A DNA stretch of 64,000 nt, taken from an uncultured delta proteobacterium. Its GTDB lineage: Bacteria; Desulfobacterota; Desulfobacteria; Desulfobacterales; JAFDCJ01. Shown here piece by piece: positions 51,274 to 61,437 of the stretch. A model generated the notes under the pieces. The model saw only the letters and a list, made by a program, of their open reading frames with translations, searched no databases and was not told where the DNA came from. A program made the translations under genes and the position numbers. The first letter of the stretch is position 1. Each line of letters opens with the position of its first letter. The stretch spans positions 224,001 to 288,000 of the forward strand of contig CAVYNY010000007.1 of NCBI GenBank assembly GCA_963769935.1, written 5' to 3'.

Positions 51274-52329
51274 CTACAGCTTTTTGCGGTTTTCCGGCCG
51301 CAACGAGCGGACGGTTGCACCGGTCCGCCACATTTCTGAATTTTTGAGTTCGGCAAGCTCTTTATCCAATTTTTCGCGGTAGTCCGCTGCACTGTTGGCT
51401 TCAAGCACGCGCCGGGTTTCTTGACCGGAGAGCACTTTTTCATAGAGCTCGTCAAACACCGGAGCCACCGCATCCCGAAAGCGCGGACTCCAGTCCAGGG
51501 CGCCCCGCTGAGCAGTTGTCGAACAATTGGAAAACATCCAGTCCATGCCGTTTTCGGCCACCAACCGGATCAGGCTCTGGGTCAATTCCTCCACGGTTTC
51601 ATTGAAGGCTTCGCTGGGGCTGTGTCCGTGTTTGCGCAGCAATTTGTACTGCGCCTCCATAACGCCTGCCAGGCATCCCATCAGAACGCCCCGTTCGCCG
51701 GTCAGGTCGCTGTGCACTTCTTTCTCGAAGGTTGTCGGAAACAGATAGCCGGAGCCCACAGCAATTCCAAGCGCCAGGGTTCTTTCTTTGGCCCGGCCCG
51801 TATAATCCTGAAAGATGGCATAGCTGGAGTTGATGCCGCTGCCGTCCAGAAAGTTCAAGCGCACGTTGCGGCCGGAACCTTTGGGTGCCACCATGATAAC
51901 GTCAACATTTTCCGGTGGAATAATGCCGGTTTGGTCTTTATAAACGATACCGAAACCGTGGGAAAAATAGAGCGCATTGCCGTCGTCCAGACATTCTTTA
52001 ATTTGCGGCCAGGTGGCTACCTGCCCGGCGTCGGAAAGCAAAAACTGAACGATGGTGGCCTTCCTGGCAGCTTCTTCAAGGGGAAACAGGGTTTGCCCGG
52101 GGGTAAATCCGTCTTCAACCGCCCGCCGCCAGGTTTTTCCCCCTTCGCGCTGGCCCACGATAACGCGGATGCCGTTGTCCCTCAGATTCAACGCCTGTCC
52201 CGGTCCCTGAACGCCGTAGCCTAAAATAGCCACCGTTTCCTTTTCCAGAATCTGCCTGGCTTTTTGCAAAGAGAATTCCTCGGATGTGATTACATCTTCA
52301 ACTACGCCGCCAAAATTAAATTGTGTCAT
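51274..52329 (-). CDS. ilvC: Ketol-acid reductoisomerase
   Basis: GYGVQG, FSHGF, VAPKGSG, SDLTGERGVLMG, NCSTTAQRGA. Confidence 0.95.
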   Translation of the reverse strand: MTQFNFGGVVEDVITSEEFSLQKARQILEKETVAILGYGVQGPGQALNLRDNGIRVIVGQREGGKTWRRAVEDGFTPGQTLFPLEEAARKATIVQFLLSDAGQVATWPQIKECLDDGNALYFSHGFGIVYKDQTGIIPPENVDVIMVAPKGSGRNVRLNFLDGSGINSSYAIFQDYTGRAKERTLALGIAVGSGYLFPTTFEKEVHSDLTGERGVLMGCLAGVMEAQYKLLRKHGHSPSEAFNETVEELTQSLIRLVAENGMDWMFSNCSTTAQRGALDWSPRFRDAVAPVFDELYEKVLSGQETRRVLEANSAADYREKLDKELAELKNSEMWRTGATVRSLRPENRKKL

Positions 52330-52423
52330 ATCTACCTCTTTTTTTATACGTTGTTGGTTAGGATAAAATTAGGTCCGATTAATAGGCATGTAAACCCTGT
52401 TTATCGCGGCTCCAGGCATTCCG

Positions 52424-52918
52424 CTAATTTGGCTCCCGGTAAAGCGCCAACGGTCCCGTTCTGGCCAGCTTCTGGATACCCATTGGTTTTAGAAGATTCA
52501 GCAGGGCCTCTATCTTGGCTGCATCGCCGGTAACCTCGATAATGAAATGCTCCAGTCCGATATCTACAACTTTGCACCTGAAGATATCCACAATCCGCAG
52601 GATTTCCGCGCGCTGCTCCGGTTTGGCGTTGACACAGATCAGGGCCATTTCCCGTTTGACGGCCTTGGGTCCGGTCATATCCCGCAGTTTAATAATGTTG
52701 ATCAGTTTCCTCAATTGCTTTTCGATCTGTTCAATGACCGGAGGGTTGGCTTTGGTGGTTATGGTAATTCGAGAAACCTGAGGATCCATTGTCGGGGCGG
52801 TAACAAGACTTTCGATATTAAAGCCTTTGCCGCTGAATAAACTCACGACCCGCGACAGTACGCCCGGCTGGTTGTCGACCAGCATCGTCATGATGTGCTT
52901 TTCTGCTTCCATAAACAT
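52424..52918 (-). CDS. ilvN: Acetolactate synthase small (regulatory) subunit
   Basis: VDNQPGVLSRV, FNIESL, RE.ALI, ARTG. Confidence 0.95.
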   Translation of the reverse strand: MFMEAEKHIMTMLVDNQPGVLSRVVSLFSGKGFNIESLVTAPTMDPQVSRITITTKANPPVIEQIEKQLRKLINIIKLRDMTGPKAVKREMALICVNAKPEQRAEILRIVDIFRCKVVDIGLEHFIIEVTGDAAKIEALLNLLKPMGIQKLARTGPLALYREPN

Positions 52919-52968
52919 ACTCCTTTTTCGCGTTGCGCGTTACGGGTTGCGCGCACCCCGCAACCCGC

Positions 52969-54657
52969 CTACACCAGTAACATTTCGGTAATGGCTGCTC
53001 CGGCCGGAACCATCGGGTAAACCCCTTCTTCTTTTTCAACGATAAATTCCATAATAACCGGTCTTGGAATCGCAAGGCCCTCTGAGAGAATGGATTGGAC
53101 TTCCGCCGGTTTTGTTGCGCGCAGGCCCACCGCGCCGTAGGCTTCGGCAAGTTTGACAAAATCTGGGGCGCAATCCATGCAGGTGCAGACATACCGCTTG
53201 TTGTAAAACAACTCCTGCCATTGCCTGACCATTCCCATGTAGCCGTTGTTCAGGATAACAATTTTCACCGGCAGACAGCTCTGGACGGCGGTGGCCATCT
53301 CCTGAATATTCATCTGGATGCTGGAATCGCCGGCAATATCCACCACTATTTTATCAGGGCAGGCCACCTGGGCGCCGATGGCGGCCGGAAGTCCAAAACC
53401 CATAGCCCCTAAACCTCCCGAGGTGATAAAATGATTGGGCTGATCATAGAGATAATACTGTGCGGCCCACATCTGATTCTGACCAACCTCGGTGGTGATG
53501 ATCGCCTGACCCTTGGTCAGCTCGTAAAGCTTCTCGACCACATATTGCGGTTTGATGGTGTCTTTCCCCTGGTTATACGCCAGAGAACCGGCGTTTTTCC
53601 ATTCATCGATCTGAGCGAACCAGTTTTTTCTTTTTTCATGCAGATCCCCCAGGTCTACTTCAGCTATCATCCGGTTTAAATGCTGCAAGCTGATCCTGCA
53701 ATCTCCCACCACGGGAACCGTTACCGGTATGTTGCGGCGGATGGTGGTGGGGTCGATATCGATATGCACAATTTCGGCCTGGGATGCAAATGCGTCGGTT
53801 TTGCCTGTTACCCGATCATCGAACCGCACCCCAATGGCAATCATCAGGTCGCAGACCGACGTGCACATATTCGCTCGATAGGTACCGTGCATTCCAATCA
53901 TACCCAGTGACAGCGGATCCGTGCCCGGAAACGCACCGAGCCCCATGAGCGATGTCGTCACCGGGGTCCGGGTTTTGCGGGCCAGTTCGGTCAGCTCCCG
54001 GGAGGCTTTTGACAGTATGACGCCGCCTCCGGCAAAAATGATGGGCCTTTCGCAACGTTCAATAAGTCCGATGATTTTCTTTAACTGCTTCATGTTGGGG
54101 TTGTAGGTGGGATTATAGGATTTTAGTTTCACCTCACCGGGTGGAATATATTCCGTGACGGCTTTGGCAACATCTTTGGGTATATCAACAAGAACGGGTC
54201 CCGGTCGCCCGGACCGGGCCAGATAAAAAGCTTCCTTAACCGTTGATGCCAGGTTGTCAACGGACATGACCAGATAATTGTGCTTGGTACAGGGGCGCGT
54301 GATGCCGACGATGTCCACTTCCTGAAACGCATCGTTGCCGATGAGTCCGGTCGGTACCTGACCGCTGAGAATGACCACCGGGATCGAGTCCATATAGGCC
54401 GATGCAATGCCGGTCACGGTGTTGGTGACGCCGGGTCCTGAGGTCACCAGACAGACACCCACCCGACCGGCGGCCCGGGCATACCCATCGGCGGCGTGCA
54501 CGGCCCCCTGTTCATGGCGGACCAGAACATGGTGGATATCTGTTTTGGCCAATTCATCGTAAATATCGATGATGGCACCACCCGGATAACCGAATATCGT
54601 GTCGACAGCTTCTTCCTTAAGAACTTCCATCAAAATTTGGGCACCGGTAAGTTTCAT
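52969..54657 (-). CDS. ilvB: Acetolactate synthase large subunit
   Basis: FGYPGG, RHEQGA, RFDDRVTG, GDSS...NN TPP motif, MVRQWQ. Confidence 0.96.
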   Translation of the reverse strand: MKLTGAQILMEVLKEEAVDTIFGYPGGAIIDIYDELAKTDIHHVLVRHEQGAVHAADGYARAAGRVGVCLVTSGPGVTNTVTGIASAYMDSIPVVILSGQVPTGLIGNDAFQEVDIVGITRPCTKHNYLVMSVDNLASTVKEAFYLARSGRPGPVLVDIPKDVAKAVTEYIPPGEVKLKSYNPTYNPNMKQLKKIIGLIERCERPIIFAGGGVILSKASRELTELARKTRTPVTTSLMGLGAFPGTDPLSLGMIGMHGTYRANMCTSVCDLMIAIGVRFDDRVTGKTDAFASQAEIVHIDIDPTTIRRNIPVTVPVVGDCRISLQHLNRMIAEVDLGDLHEKRKNWFAQIDEWKNAGSLAYNQGKDTIKPQYVVEKLYELTKGQAIITTEVGQNQMWAAQYYLYDQPNHFITSGGLGAMGFGLPAAIGAQVACPDKIVVDIAGDSSIQMNIQEMATAVQSCLPVKIVILNNGYMGMVRQWQELFYNKRYVCTCMDCAPDFVKLAEAYGAVGLRATKPAEVQSILSEGLAIPRPVIMEFIVEKEEGVYPMVPAGAAITEMLLV

Positions 54658-54673
54658 AGAGGCTTTTCCTTTC

Positions 54674-54719
54674 AAAAAAAAATCCGTTACCGGCGCGGGG
54701 GTCGGTAACGGATTTTTTT
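54674..54719 (-). terminator. Attenuator (intrinsic) terminator upstream of ilvB
   Basis: Stem ATCCGTTACCG / CGGTAACGGAT followed by a long T run on the minus strand, about 17 nt before the ilvB ATG. Confidence 0.88.
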
Positions 54720-54738
54720 GTTTTATTGGGAGGTGAAA

Positions 54739-54840
54739 CTATGCCATTACCAACCCTGGTTGCTCGCCGGCAATAATAATTATTCCGGCGAGTACGAGAA
54801 TAAGGCTAATAAGGTTGTTAATGGCAATTACTATAGACAT
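54739..54840 (-). CDS. ilv operon leader peptide (33 aa)
   Basis: MSIVIAINNLISLILVLAGIIIIAGEQPGLVMA*: 9 Ile, 5 Leu, 3 Val; directly upstream of the terminator; not in the ORF track. Confidence 0.85.
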   Translation of the reverse strand: MSIVIAINNLISLILVLAGIIIIAGEQPGLVMA

Positions 54841-54893
54841 GGTTGCATCACAGGTTTAATTTTGAAAAGCAGTAGCAACTATCCAACAGGTTG

Positions 54894-57170
54894 TCAAGCT
54901 TTTTCTTTGAATCCGCAGCCTTCAGTCAGGCAGGTGACATAGTTTCCCTGTTTTTTGGTAATTTTTTCTACTAGAAATTTCGCCCCGCACACCGGGCATT
55001 GGCGATCAAGGGGTTTGTCCCAAGTTGCGAAGGAACATTCCGGGAAGCGACTGCAGCCGTAAAAAATTTTGCCGCGCTTGGAGCTGCGCTCCACGACTTC
55101 TCCCTCGCAGCCATCCTGAGGGCACCCGAGCCCAATGGTTTTGCCGTGGCCGCTGGAATTTAAGGACTGGCTGTTTTTGCATTCGGGATACCCGCTGCAG
55201 GCCAGGAAGTCACCGTAGCGGCCTCTTTTGATGACCATGGGCCGGCCGCATTTTTCGCACGCCTTATCCGTAATTTCCTCTTCAGGAATTTCGACCGGTT
55301 GAATATTTCCCTTTTCATCCCGGGTGTAGTCCCTGGAATAGGTACAATCCGGATAACCGCTGCAGGCTATAAAATGTCCGTTTTTTCCGATTTTGATGCG
55401 TAGCTGCTTATTGCATTCCGGGCAATTCAGATCGGTCGGCAGGCCGACACCTTTAACGCTGAGCATTTTCTCGGATGCGGAATCCAGATCTTTTTTGAAC
55501 GGCTTGTAAAAGCGGTTTAAAACCTGCAGTGAGTCGATCTTTTCCGATTCCACCTGATCCAGATTTTCTTCCATTCTAGCGGTAAATTCAACATCGAATA
55601 TTTCCGGAAAGTTTTGCACCAACAGATCGTTGACAATAAAGCCCAGTTCATTCGGCTTGAAATAACCCCTTACCAGATCGACATAGCCCTTGCCGCGGAT
55701 GGTCGAAAGGATGTTAGCGTAAGTGCTGGGCCGTCCGATGCCGTTTTCTTCAAGTTCTTTTACCAGCGAGGCTTCCGAAAAACGCGGCGGCGGCATGGTA
55801 AAATGTTGTTTGGGCTCCAGCTGGTTGAGTTTCAGGACAGTTCCCTGGGCAAGCTCGGGCAGCTTTGGTTTCTGTTGCTCGGTTTCGGTCGCAATTTCAT
55901 CGTCCACCGACATGTAGAGCGCCATAAATCCGGGAAATTTTACCGAAGAACCGCTGGCCGAAAAAAGGTAGGCTCCGGCTTTAATCGTTAGTGAAATCTG
56001 ATTGATCAAGGCCTCCGCCATCTGAGAGGCCACGAATCGCTGCCAGATGAGCTGATACAAGCTCAGCTGCTCCGGCGAAAGATAGGGCTTGACCGCCTCC
56101 GGCGTATTGAAGACCGAGGTCGGGCGGATGGCCTCATGCGCGTCCTGCACCTTTTTGGTATTTTTGAAAAACCGTGGTTTGGGCAGGGCATAATCATTGC
56201 CGAAACGATCCAGAATCAACTGCTGCGCCTCGACGGCGGCCTCGGCCGCAATACGGGTGGAATCGGTGCGCATGTAAGTGATCAACCCCACGGGTTCGCC
56301 GGGACCCAGATCAATGCCTTCGTAAAGCTGTTGGGCAATGATCATGGCCTTGCGGGCGCTGAATCTGAGCTTGCGGATGGCTTCCTGCTGCAGTTTGCTC
56401 GTGGTAAAGGGGGGCAGAGGATTTTTTTTAACGGTCTTTTTCTGGATTTTATCGACAATAAATTGTTCCCCGTCCAGATCCCTTAGAATTTTGGCGGCCG
56501 CATTTTCATGCGGAATTTGTATCTTTTCTCCATTTCTTTTAACCAGCTTGGCTGCAAAGGGGGGCGGGGTGTCGCTTTCAAGATGGGCGGTAATCGACCA
56601 GTATTCCTCGGGTACAAAGGCCTGAATTGCCCGTTCTCTTTCGCAAATAATCCTAACAGCCACCGACTGCACTCTTCCGGCACTCAATCCGCCTTTTACC
56701 TTGCGCCACAGAAGCGGTGAAACCTGATAGCCCACCAACCGGTCGAGTATCCGACGGGCCTGCTGGGCTTCATACTTGGAGCGATCAAGCTCCTCGGGTT
56801 CGGCCATGGCTTTCTGGATTGAATTTTTTGTTAGTTCATGAAAAAGCACACGGTAAAAATTGCGTCCCTTTTTTTTCAAGACATCGGCCGTATGCCAGGC
56901 GATGGCCTCGCCTTCACGATCAGGGTCGGGGGCCAGATAAACGTCACGAGCATCGCCGGCGGCCTGCTTGAGGCTTTTTATGACTTTCTGTTTGCCCGGG
57001 ATGCATTTGTAGCTGGGCTTAAAATCGTTTTCGACATCAATGCCCATCTCTTTACTCGGAAGGTCCTTGATATGCCCCACGGTCGCCGCAACATTGTAGG
57101 CGTTGCCGAGATATTTTTTGATGGTTCTGACTTTTGTCGGTGACTCCACGACAACTAAGGGTTTGCTCAC
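54894..57170 (-). CDS. topA: DNA topoisomerase I
   Basis: VVESPTK, DPDREGE, SAGRVQS, LITYMRTDS (catalytic Tyr), GIGRPSTY, C-terminal Zn ribbons. Confidence 0.97.
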   Translation of the reverse strand: MSKPLVVVESPTKVRTIKKYLGNAYNVAATVGHIKDLPSKEMGIDVENDFKPSYKCIPGKQKVIKSLKQAAGDARDVYLAPDPDREGEAIAWHTADVLKKKGRNFYRVLFHELTKNSIQKAMAEPEELDRSKYEAQQARRILDRLVGYQVSPLLWRKVKGGLSAGRVQSVAVRIICERERAIQAFVPEEYWSITAHLESDTPPPFAAKLVKRNGEKIQIPHENAAAKILRDLDGEQFIVDKIQKKTVKKNPLPPFTTSKLQQEAIRKLRFSARKAMIIAQQLYEGIDLGPGEPVGLITYMRTDSTRIAAEAAVEAQQLILDRFGNDYALPKPRFFKNTKKVQDAHEAIRPTSVFNTPEAVKPYLSPEQLSLYQLIWQRFVASQMAEALINQISLTIKAGAYLFSASGSSVKFPGFMALYMSVDDEIATETEQQKPKLPELAQGTVLKLNQLEPKQHFTMPPPRFSEASLVKELEENGIGRPSTYANILSTIRGKGYVDLVRGYFKPNELGFIVNDLLVQNFPEIFDVEFTARMEENLDQVESEKIDSLQVLNRFYKPFKKDLDSASEKMLSVKGVGLPTDLNCPECNKQLRIKIGKNGHFIACSGYPDCTYSRDYTRDEKGNIQPVEIPEEEITDKACEKCGRPMVIKRGRYGDFLACSGYPECKNSQSLNSSGHGKTIGLGCPQDGCEGEVVERSSKRGKIFYGCSRFPECSFATWDKPLDRQCPVCGAKFLVEKITKKQGNYVTCLTEGCGFKEKA

Positions 57171-57305
57171 AGTCTATCCTCGCATCTGTTCTGTTTATAC
57201 ACAGCGTCGTATTTTAAAAGGCAAAATACTTGAAGCGTGTAAAATCTAATTGTCCGTTGTAGGTTGTCAATAGTCAGCCGGACATTTCTGCCTTTATTTT
57301 TCCTT

Positions 57306-58412
57306 TTAAGACGATAGGGTAAAATACTTGCCGGGTGATTGACGGATCAGTCCGGCGAGTTCTAATTTCAACAAAATGCCTGAAAGTTTGCCGGGTCCCA
57401 GGGCGATTTTTCTGACTAGATCGTCAATATGGATTGGATAAGGCCCGATGGCGTCGTATACCCGGGCTTCATCAGTTGCAAGCTCGGCTTTCTTTTCATC
57501 GACGCTGTTCCGGCTGGGCCGTGCGGAACGCTGGTTAAGCTGGATTAGCGGGGCAAGTTCTTCAACGATATCCTGGGCATGCTCGACAAGTTTGGCTCCC
57601 TGTTTGATAAGGGTATGCGTCCCCATGCTCTTGAACGACTGAATACTGCCGGGTACTGCAAACACTTCGCGGTTTTGCTCGACGGCCAGCCGGGCGGTGA
57701 TCAGCGAGCCGCTGTTTTTGGTGGCCTCCACGACGACCGTTCCCAGCGACATTCCGCTGATAATCCGGTTGCGTATCGGGAAATTATGGGCTTCGGGCTC
57801 CGTCATCAATGGAAATTCCGATACAATCGCACCGCTTTCAGAAATTCGCTGAAAAAGCCCTTTGTTTTCCGCCGGATAAATTCGCTCCAGACCGCTGCCC
57901 AGTATGGCAATTGTTTTTCCGCCAGCCGCCAGCGCCCCTTCGTGGGCGGCAGTGTCAATGCCGCGCGCCATTCCGCTGACGATCGTAAGACCGAGTGATG
58001 CCAGGGTGCCGCTCAAACTTTTGGTCGTCGTCATACCGTAGTCGGTTGCGTTTCTGGAACCGACCATGGCAAGCTTGGCGGGAGAGCTTTCGAGCCGGCC
58101 ATGGGTGTATAAAAAGAGCGGCGGATCAGGGATTTGGCGCAACAGCTGAGGATAATCCGGATCCGCCAGGGTTACGATGGCATAACCTCTGCGGGTCACA
58201 AGATCCAGCTCTGCTTCAACGCTGGCCGGTATTTGATGTGTTCTCAGTTTCGCGACATGACGGCTCGTGATTCCATCCACCCGCAGGAGCGCTTCATCGG
58301 ATGCCTGAAAGATTGCCGGCGCCGACTTGAACCTATCTATCAGACGTTTGCCAAGGAGATTTCCGATTCCCGGTACACTTTTAAGGCAAAACCATGACAG
58401 AAGGTTATCCAT
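57306..58412 (-). CDS. dprA: DNA-processing protein DprA
   Basis: VGSR, VSGMARGID, FPIRNRIISG, SGSLITA, AVPG; canonical dprA-topA synteny. Confidence 0.95.
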   Translation of the reverse strand: MDNLLSWFCLKSVPGIGNLLGKRLIDRFKSAPAIFQASDEALLRVDGITSRHVAKLRTHQIPASVEAELDLVTRRGYAIVTLADPDYPQLLRQIPDPPLFLYTHGRLESSPAKLAMVGSRNATDYGMTTTKSLSGTLASLGLTIVSGMARGIDTAAHEGALAAGGKTIAILGSGLERIYPAENKGLFQRISESGAIVSEFPLMTEPEAHNFPIRNRIISGMSLGTVVVEATKNSGSLITARLAVEQNREVFAVPGSIQSFKSMGTHTLIKQGAKLVEHAQDIVEELAPLIQLNQRSARPSRNSVDEKKAELATDEARVYDAIGPYPIHIDDLVRKIALGPGKLSGILLKLELAGLIRQSPGKYFTLSS

Positions 58413-58428
58413 TGCAGCCCATATTAAA

Positions 58429-59481
58429 TCACGACTTACCCTTGCTCTTGGTTTGTTTCGCCTGCCAGGCCATAAGAATCGGGCTGGCCACGAATATGGA
58501 CGAGTAGGTTCCCACTATGATTCCGACTAGCAGGGCGAAGGCAAAATCATGGATGATACCGCCGCCTAAGACAAAAAGGGCGGCCACCACCAGAAGGGTG
58601 GTCAGCGATGTCAGAATGGTGCGGCTGAGCGTCTCATTAATGCTGCGGTTTAAGATGACGTCCAATGGGCTTTTATGATATTTTCTTAAGTTTTCCCTGA
58701 TACGATCAAAAACGATAATGGTATCGTTTAAGGAATACCCGATAATGGTCAGCAGGGCGGCGATGATGGCCAGGGTAAACTCTTTGTCGAAAAGCGAAAA
58801 CATGCCGACGGTAATCGTGACATCGTGGATCAGGGCGACAATGGCGCCCATGGCGTACTTGAGCTCGAGAAACCAGAATAATACGAGGGATATAATCAGG
58901 GCGGCAACAATCAGAAAAGGAATACTGACTTTAAACAGCGTAAAAATATAAACCGCCCCGATCAGCGCCGCCGCCATAATGCCGCTGATTACCCACTTGA
59001 ACTCGAAGCGTCCTGAAATATAGATGGTGATAAACAACAGAGCGTAGAACATGGCAAATAATGCTTTTTCCCGCAAATCCTGTCCGACCTTGGGCCCGAC
59101 CATTTCCACCCGCCGAATTTCCGCATCCCCGCCGGTTTCCTTATCCAGGGCTTTTTTCAATTTCGCGGTGAAGCCTTCGGAGGTCATGACCGAACTGTCG
59201 GTGCGAACCAGATATTCATGGGTGTTCTGCTCCCCGAACCGCTGGACGGTGGATTGCTCGATTCCGATGTCTTTCATCCCGGATTTGATATCTGCAATGT
59301 TAGCCGGGGCCTGAAATTTCACCTGGATCAGCGTGCCGCCCTGGAAATCGACGCCAAGACTCGGGCCTCCGTGCAGGATAAGAGAAATAATACTGATGAG
59401 GATCATCGCACCCGACAAACTAAAAGCGATCATTTTTTTGCCGATAAAATCTATGTTAATGTCCGGCTTGATAAATTGCAT
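58429..59481 (-). CDS. secF: Protein translocase subunit SecF
   Basis: GVDFQGG, VGPKVG, ALIHDV, GYSLNDTIIVFDRIRE, GTYSSIF. Confidence 0.95.
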   Translation of the reverse strand: MQFIKPDINIDFIGKKMIAFSLSGAMILISIISLILHGGPSLGVDFQGGTLIQVKFQAPANIADIKSGMKDIGIEQSTVQRFGEQNTHEYLVRTDSSVMTSEGFTAKLKKALDKETGGDAEIRRVEMVGPKVGQDLREKALFAMFYALLFITIYISGRFEFKWVISGIMAAALIGAVYIFTLFKVSIPFLIVAALIISLVLFWFLELKYAMGAIVALIHDVTITVGMFSLFDKEFTLAIIAALLTIIGYSLNDTIIVFDRIRENLRKYHKSPLDVILNRSINETLSRTILTSLTTLLVVAALFVLGGGIIHDFAFALLVGIIVGTYSSIFVASPILMAWQAKQTKSKGKS

Positions 59482-59513
59482 AAAATTTCCTTCTGATTGG
59501 TTTACAAATTAAT

Positions 59514-61091
59514 CTAAATACTCAGCGTCTTTACCTGGCGGTGCATCAGGAGATAATCAAAAATCAACCGTGACAGGATCAGGGCGGTAAACATACTGGC
59601 GATAACACCCAGGCTCAAGGTGACGGCAAATCCTTTAACCGGGCCGGTGCCAAACTGGAAAAGCACCACCGCGGCAATCAGGGTCGTCACATTGGCATCC
59701 AAAATGGTCAGGGTGGCGCGGTTATAGCCGGCATCGATGGCTGCCCGCGGTGTGCGGCCCAATGCCATTTCTTCGCGGACCCGTTCAAAGATTATCACGT
59801 TGGCATCCACAGCCATACCGATGGTCAGAATAATTCCGGCCATTCCCGGCAGTGTCAGGGTGGCCTGAAAAGCGGCCAACCCGGCGCCGATCATCATGAT
59901 GTTCAGCACCAGCGCAAGGTCTGCGATCAGGCCGGAGATTTTATAGTAGACGATCATAAAGGCCACGACCAGGAACCCGCCGATACACATGGAAAGCAAG
60001 CCTTTGCGGATGGAGTCGGCCCCCAGCGAAGGGCCCACAGACCGCTCTTCGAGTATATTTACCGGTGCCGGCAGGGCACCGGCGCGAAGCACGATGGCGA
60101 GATCCCGTGCTTCATTAGTGGTGAAGCGCCCGGTAATGCGGGCCTGACCGCCGGCAATTTTTTCCTGGATAACCGGAGCCGAATAGACAGTCTGGTCCAG
60201 CACAATCGCCAGGCGCTTGTTAACGTTATCGGCGGTGATTCTTTCAAAGATGCGGGCGCCTTTCTTGTCAAAAGTGATGGAGACATAGGGTTCATTATAT
60301 CGCGAATCGATTTGAACCCGGGCGTCCGTCAGGTAGGCGCCGGTCAACAACGTTCTTTTCTTGAGCAGAAACGGCGTCTTCTGCGACCGGCGGGTTTCAG
60401 AATTTTCTTCAACTTTGTAAAGGATTTCGTCTCCCGGCGGGATATTGCCCTTTAGTGCGTCTTCGACTGAATGGGTGTCATCGACCAGTTTGAATTCCAG
60501 CAGCGCGGTTTTACCGATCAGATCCTTGGCTCGCTCGGTATCTTTGATGCCGGGCAGCTGAATTAATATCCGGTTTTCACCCTGACGTACGATATCCGGT
60601 TCGGAGACACCGAACTGGTCAATGCGATTGCGGATGGTTTCAAGGGCCTGGCTGACGGCCAGCTGTTCAATATGATCGCGATCCTTATCAGTAAGGCCCA
60701 AAATGATCGAGAGGGTGCCGTTGTCTTTTTTTTCCGAAATCTTGCGCAGATCTCTGAAATCTTCATCCAGCAGCGCTTGGAATTTTTCAATATTTTCCTC
60801 GTTTTTGACCTCGGCGGATATCTCGTTCCCTTTGATTCGATCCACCGCAACGTCCCGGATGAGCTTTTTTTTCAGCAATTCCCGTATTTCCTGAGCAATA
60901 CGCTCGACCGTGCTTTCAACAGCTTTTCCCGAGTCCACTTCCAGAACCAGGTGCATGCCGCCCTGAAGATCAAGACCGAGGTTGATTCTTTTGTGCGGCC
61001 ATACACCGGGCTTCAGGGTCGGAACAAGATAGATGATCGTCGCTACGATCACCACAATAACTGAAACCAATTGCCATGAAACATTCTTCAA
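59514..61091 (-). CDS. secD: Protein translocase subunit SecD
   Basis: LGLDLQGG, RIDQFGVSEP, LRAGALPAP, GMAVDANVIIFER. Confidence 0.96.
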   Translation of the reverse strand: MKNVSWQLVSVIVVIVATIIYLVPTLKPGVWPHKRINLGLDLQGGMHLVLEVDSGKAVESTVERIAQEIRELLKKKLIRDVAVDRIKGNEISAEVKNEENIEKFQALLDEDFRDLRKISEKKDNGTLSIILGLTDKDRDHIEQLAVSQALETIRNRIDQFGVSEPDIVRQGENRILIQLPGIKDTERAKDLIGKTALLEFKLVDDTHSVEDALKGNIPPGDEILYKVEENSETRRSQKTPFLLKKRTLLTGAYLTDARVQIDSRYNEPYVSITFDKKGARIFERITADNVNKRLAIVLDQTVYSAPVIQEKIAGGQARITGRFTTNEARDLAIVLRAGALPAPVNILEERSVGPSLGADSIRKGLLSMCIGGFLVVAFMIVYYKISGLIADLALVLNIMMIGAGLAAFQATLTLPGMAGIILTIGMAVDANVIIFERVREEMALGRTPRAAIDAGYNRATLTILDANVTTLIAAVVLFQFGTGPVKGFAVTLSLGVIASMFTALILSRLIFDYLLMHRQVKTLSI

Positions 61092-61437
61092 TGATCTTTT
61101 TCCTTCTCTTTGGTTATAGATCCGATTAAAAGTAATCCGTCAAGAAGTCGGCTGGGGTGGCCGGACTTCCCCAGTTTTCGGCTTGCGCCGGCCGCCTCAC
61201 CCGTCAAAACATCCATTGTTTGTGATCATCATACGAAAGCCCCAGAGAATTTGTCAAATGGTCCGGTGGTTAAATTGCAGCGGATAAACCGTGCGGCAGC
61301 GGGGACTGGGTCGGTTTGTCCGCCTTGAACAATTTAACGCCCCCGCCACTTAACGAAATTGCATGGGGCTGAGATTTTTAAACCCATATGATGCCACAAT
61401 CGTATTGGAAACCAATTGGGAATTCAGCATCTACCGG

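Noticed and set aside
54718..54942. Plus-strand 74-aa Asn/Tyr-rich ORF
   Set aside because: It is the antisense reading of the Ile/Leu/Val-rich leader peptide region.
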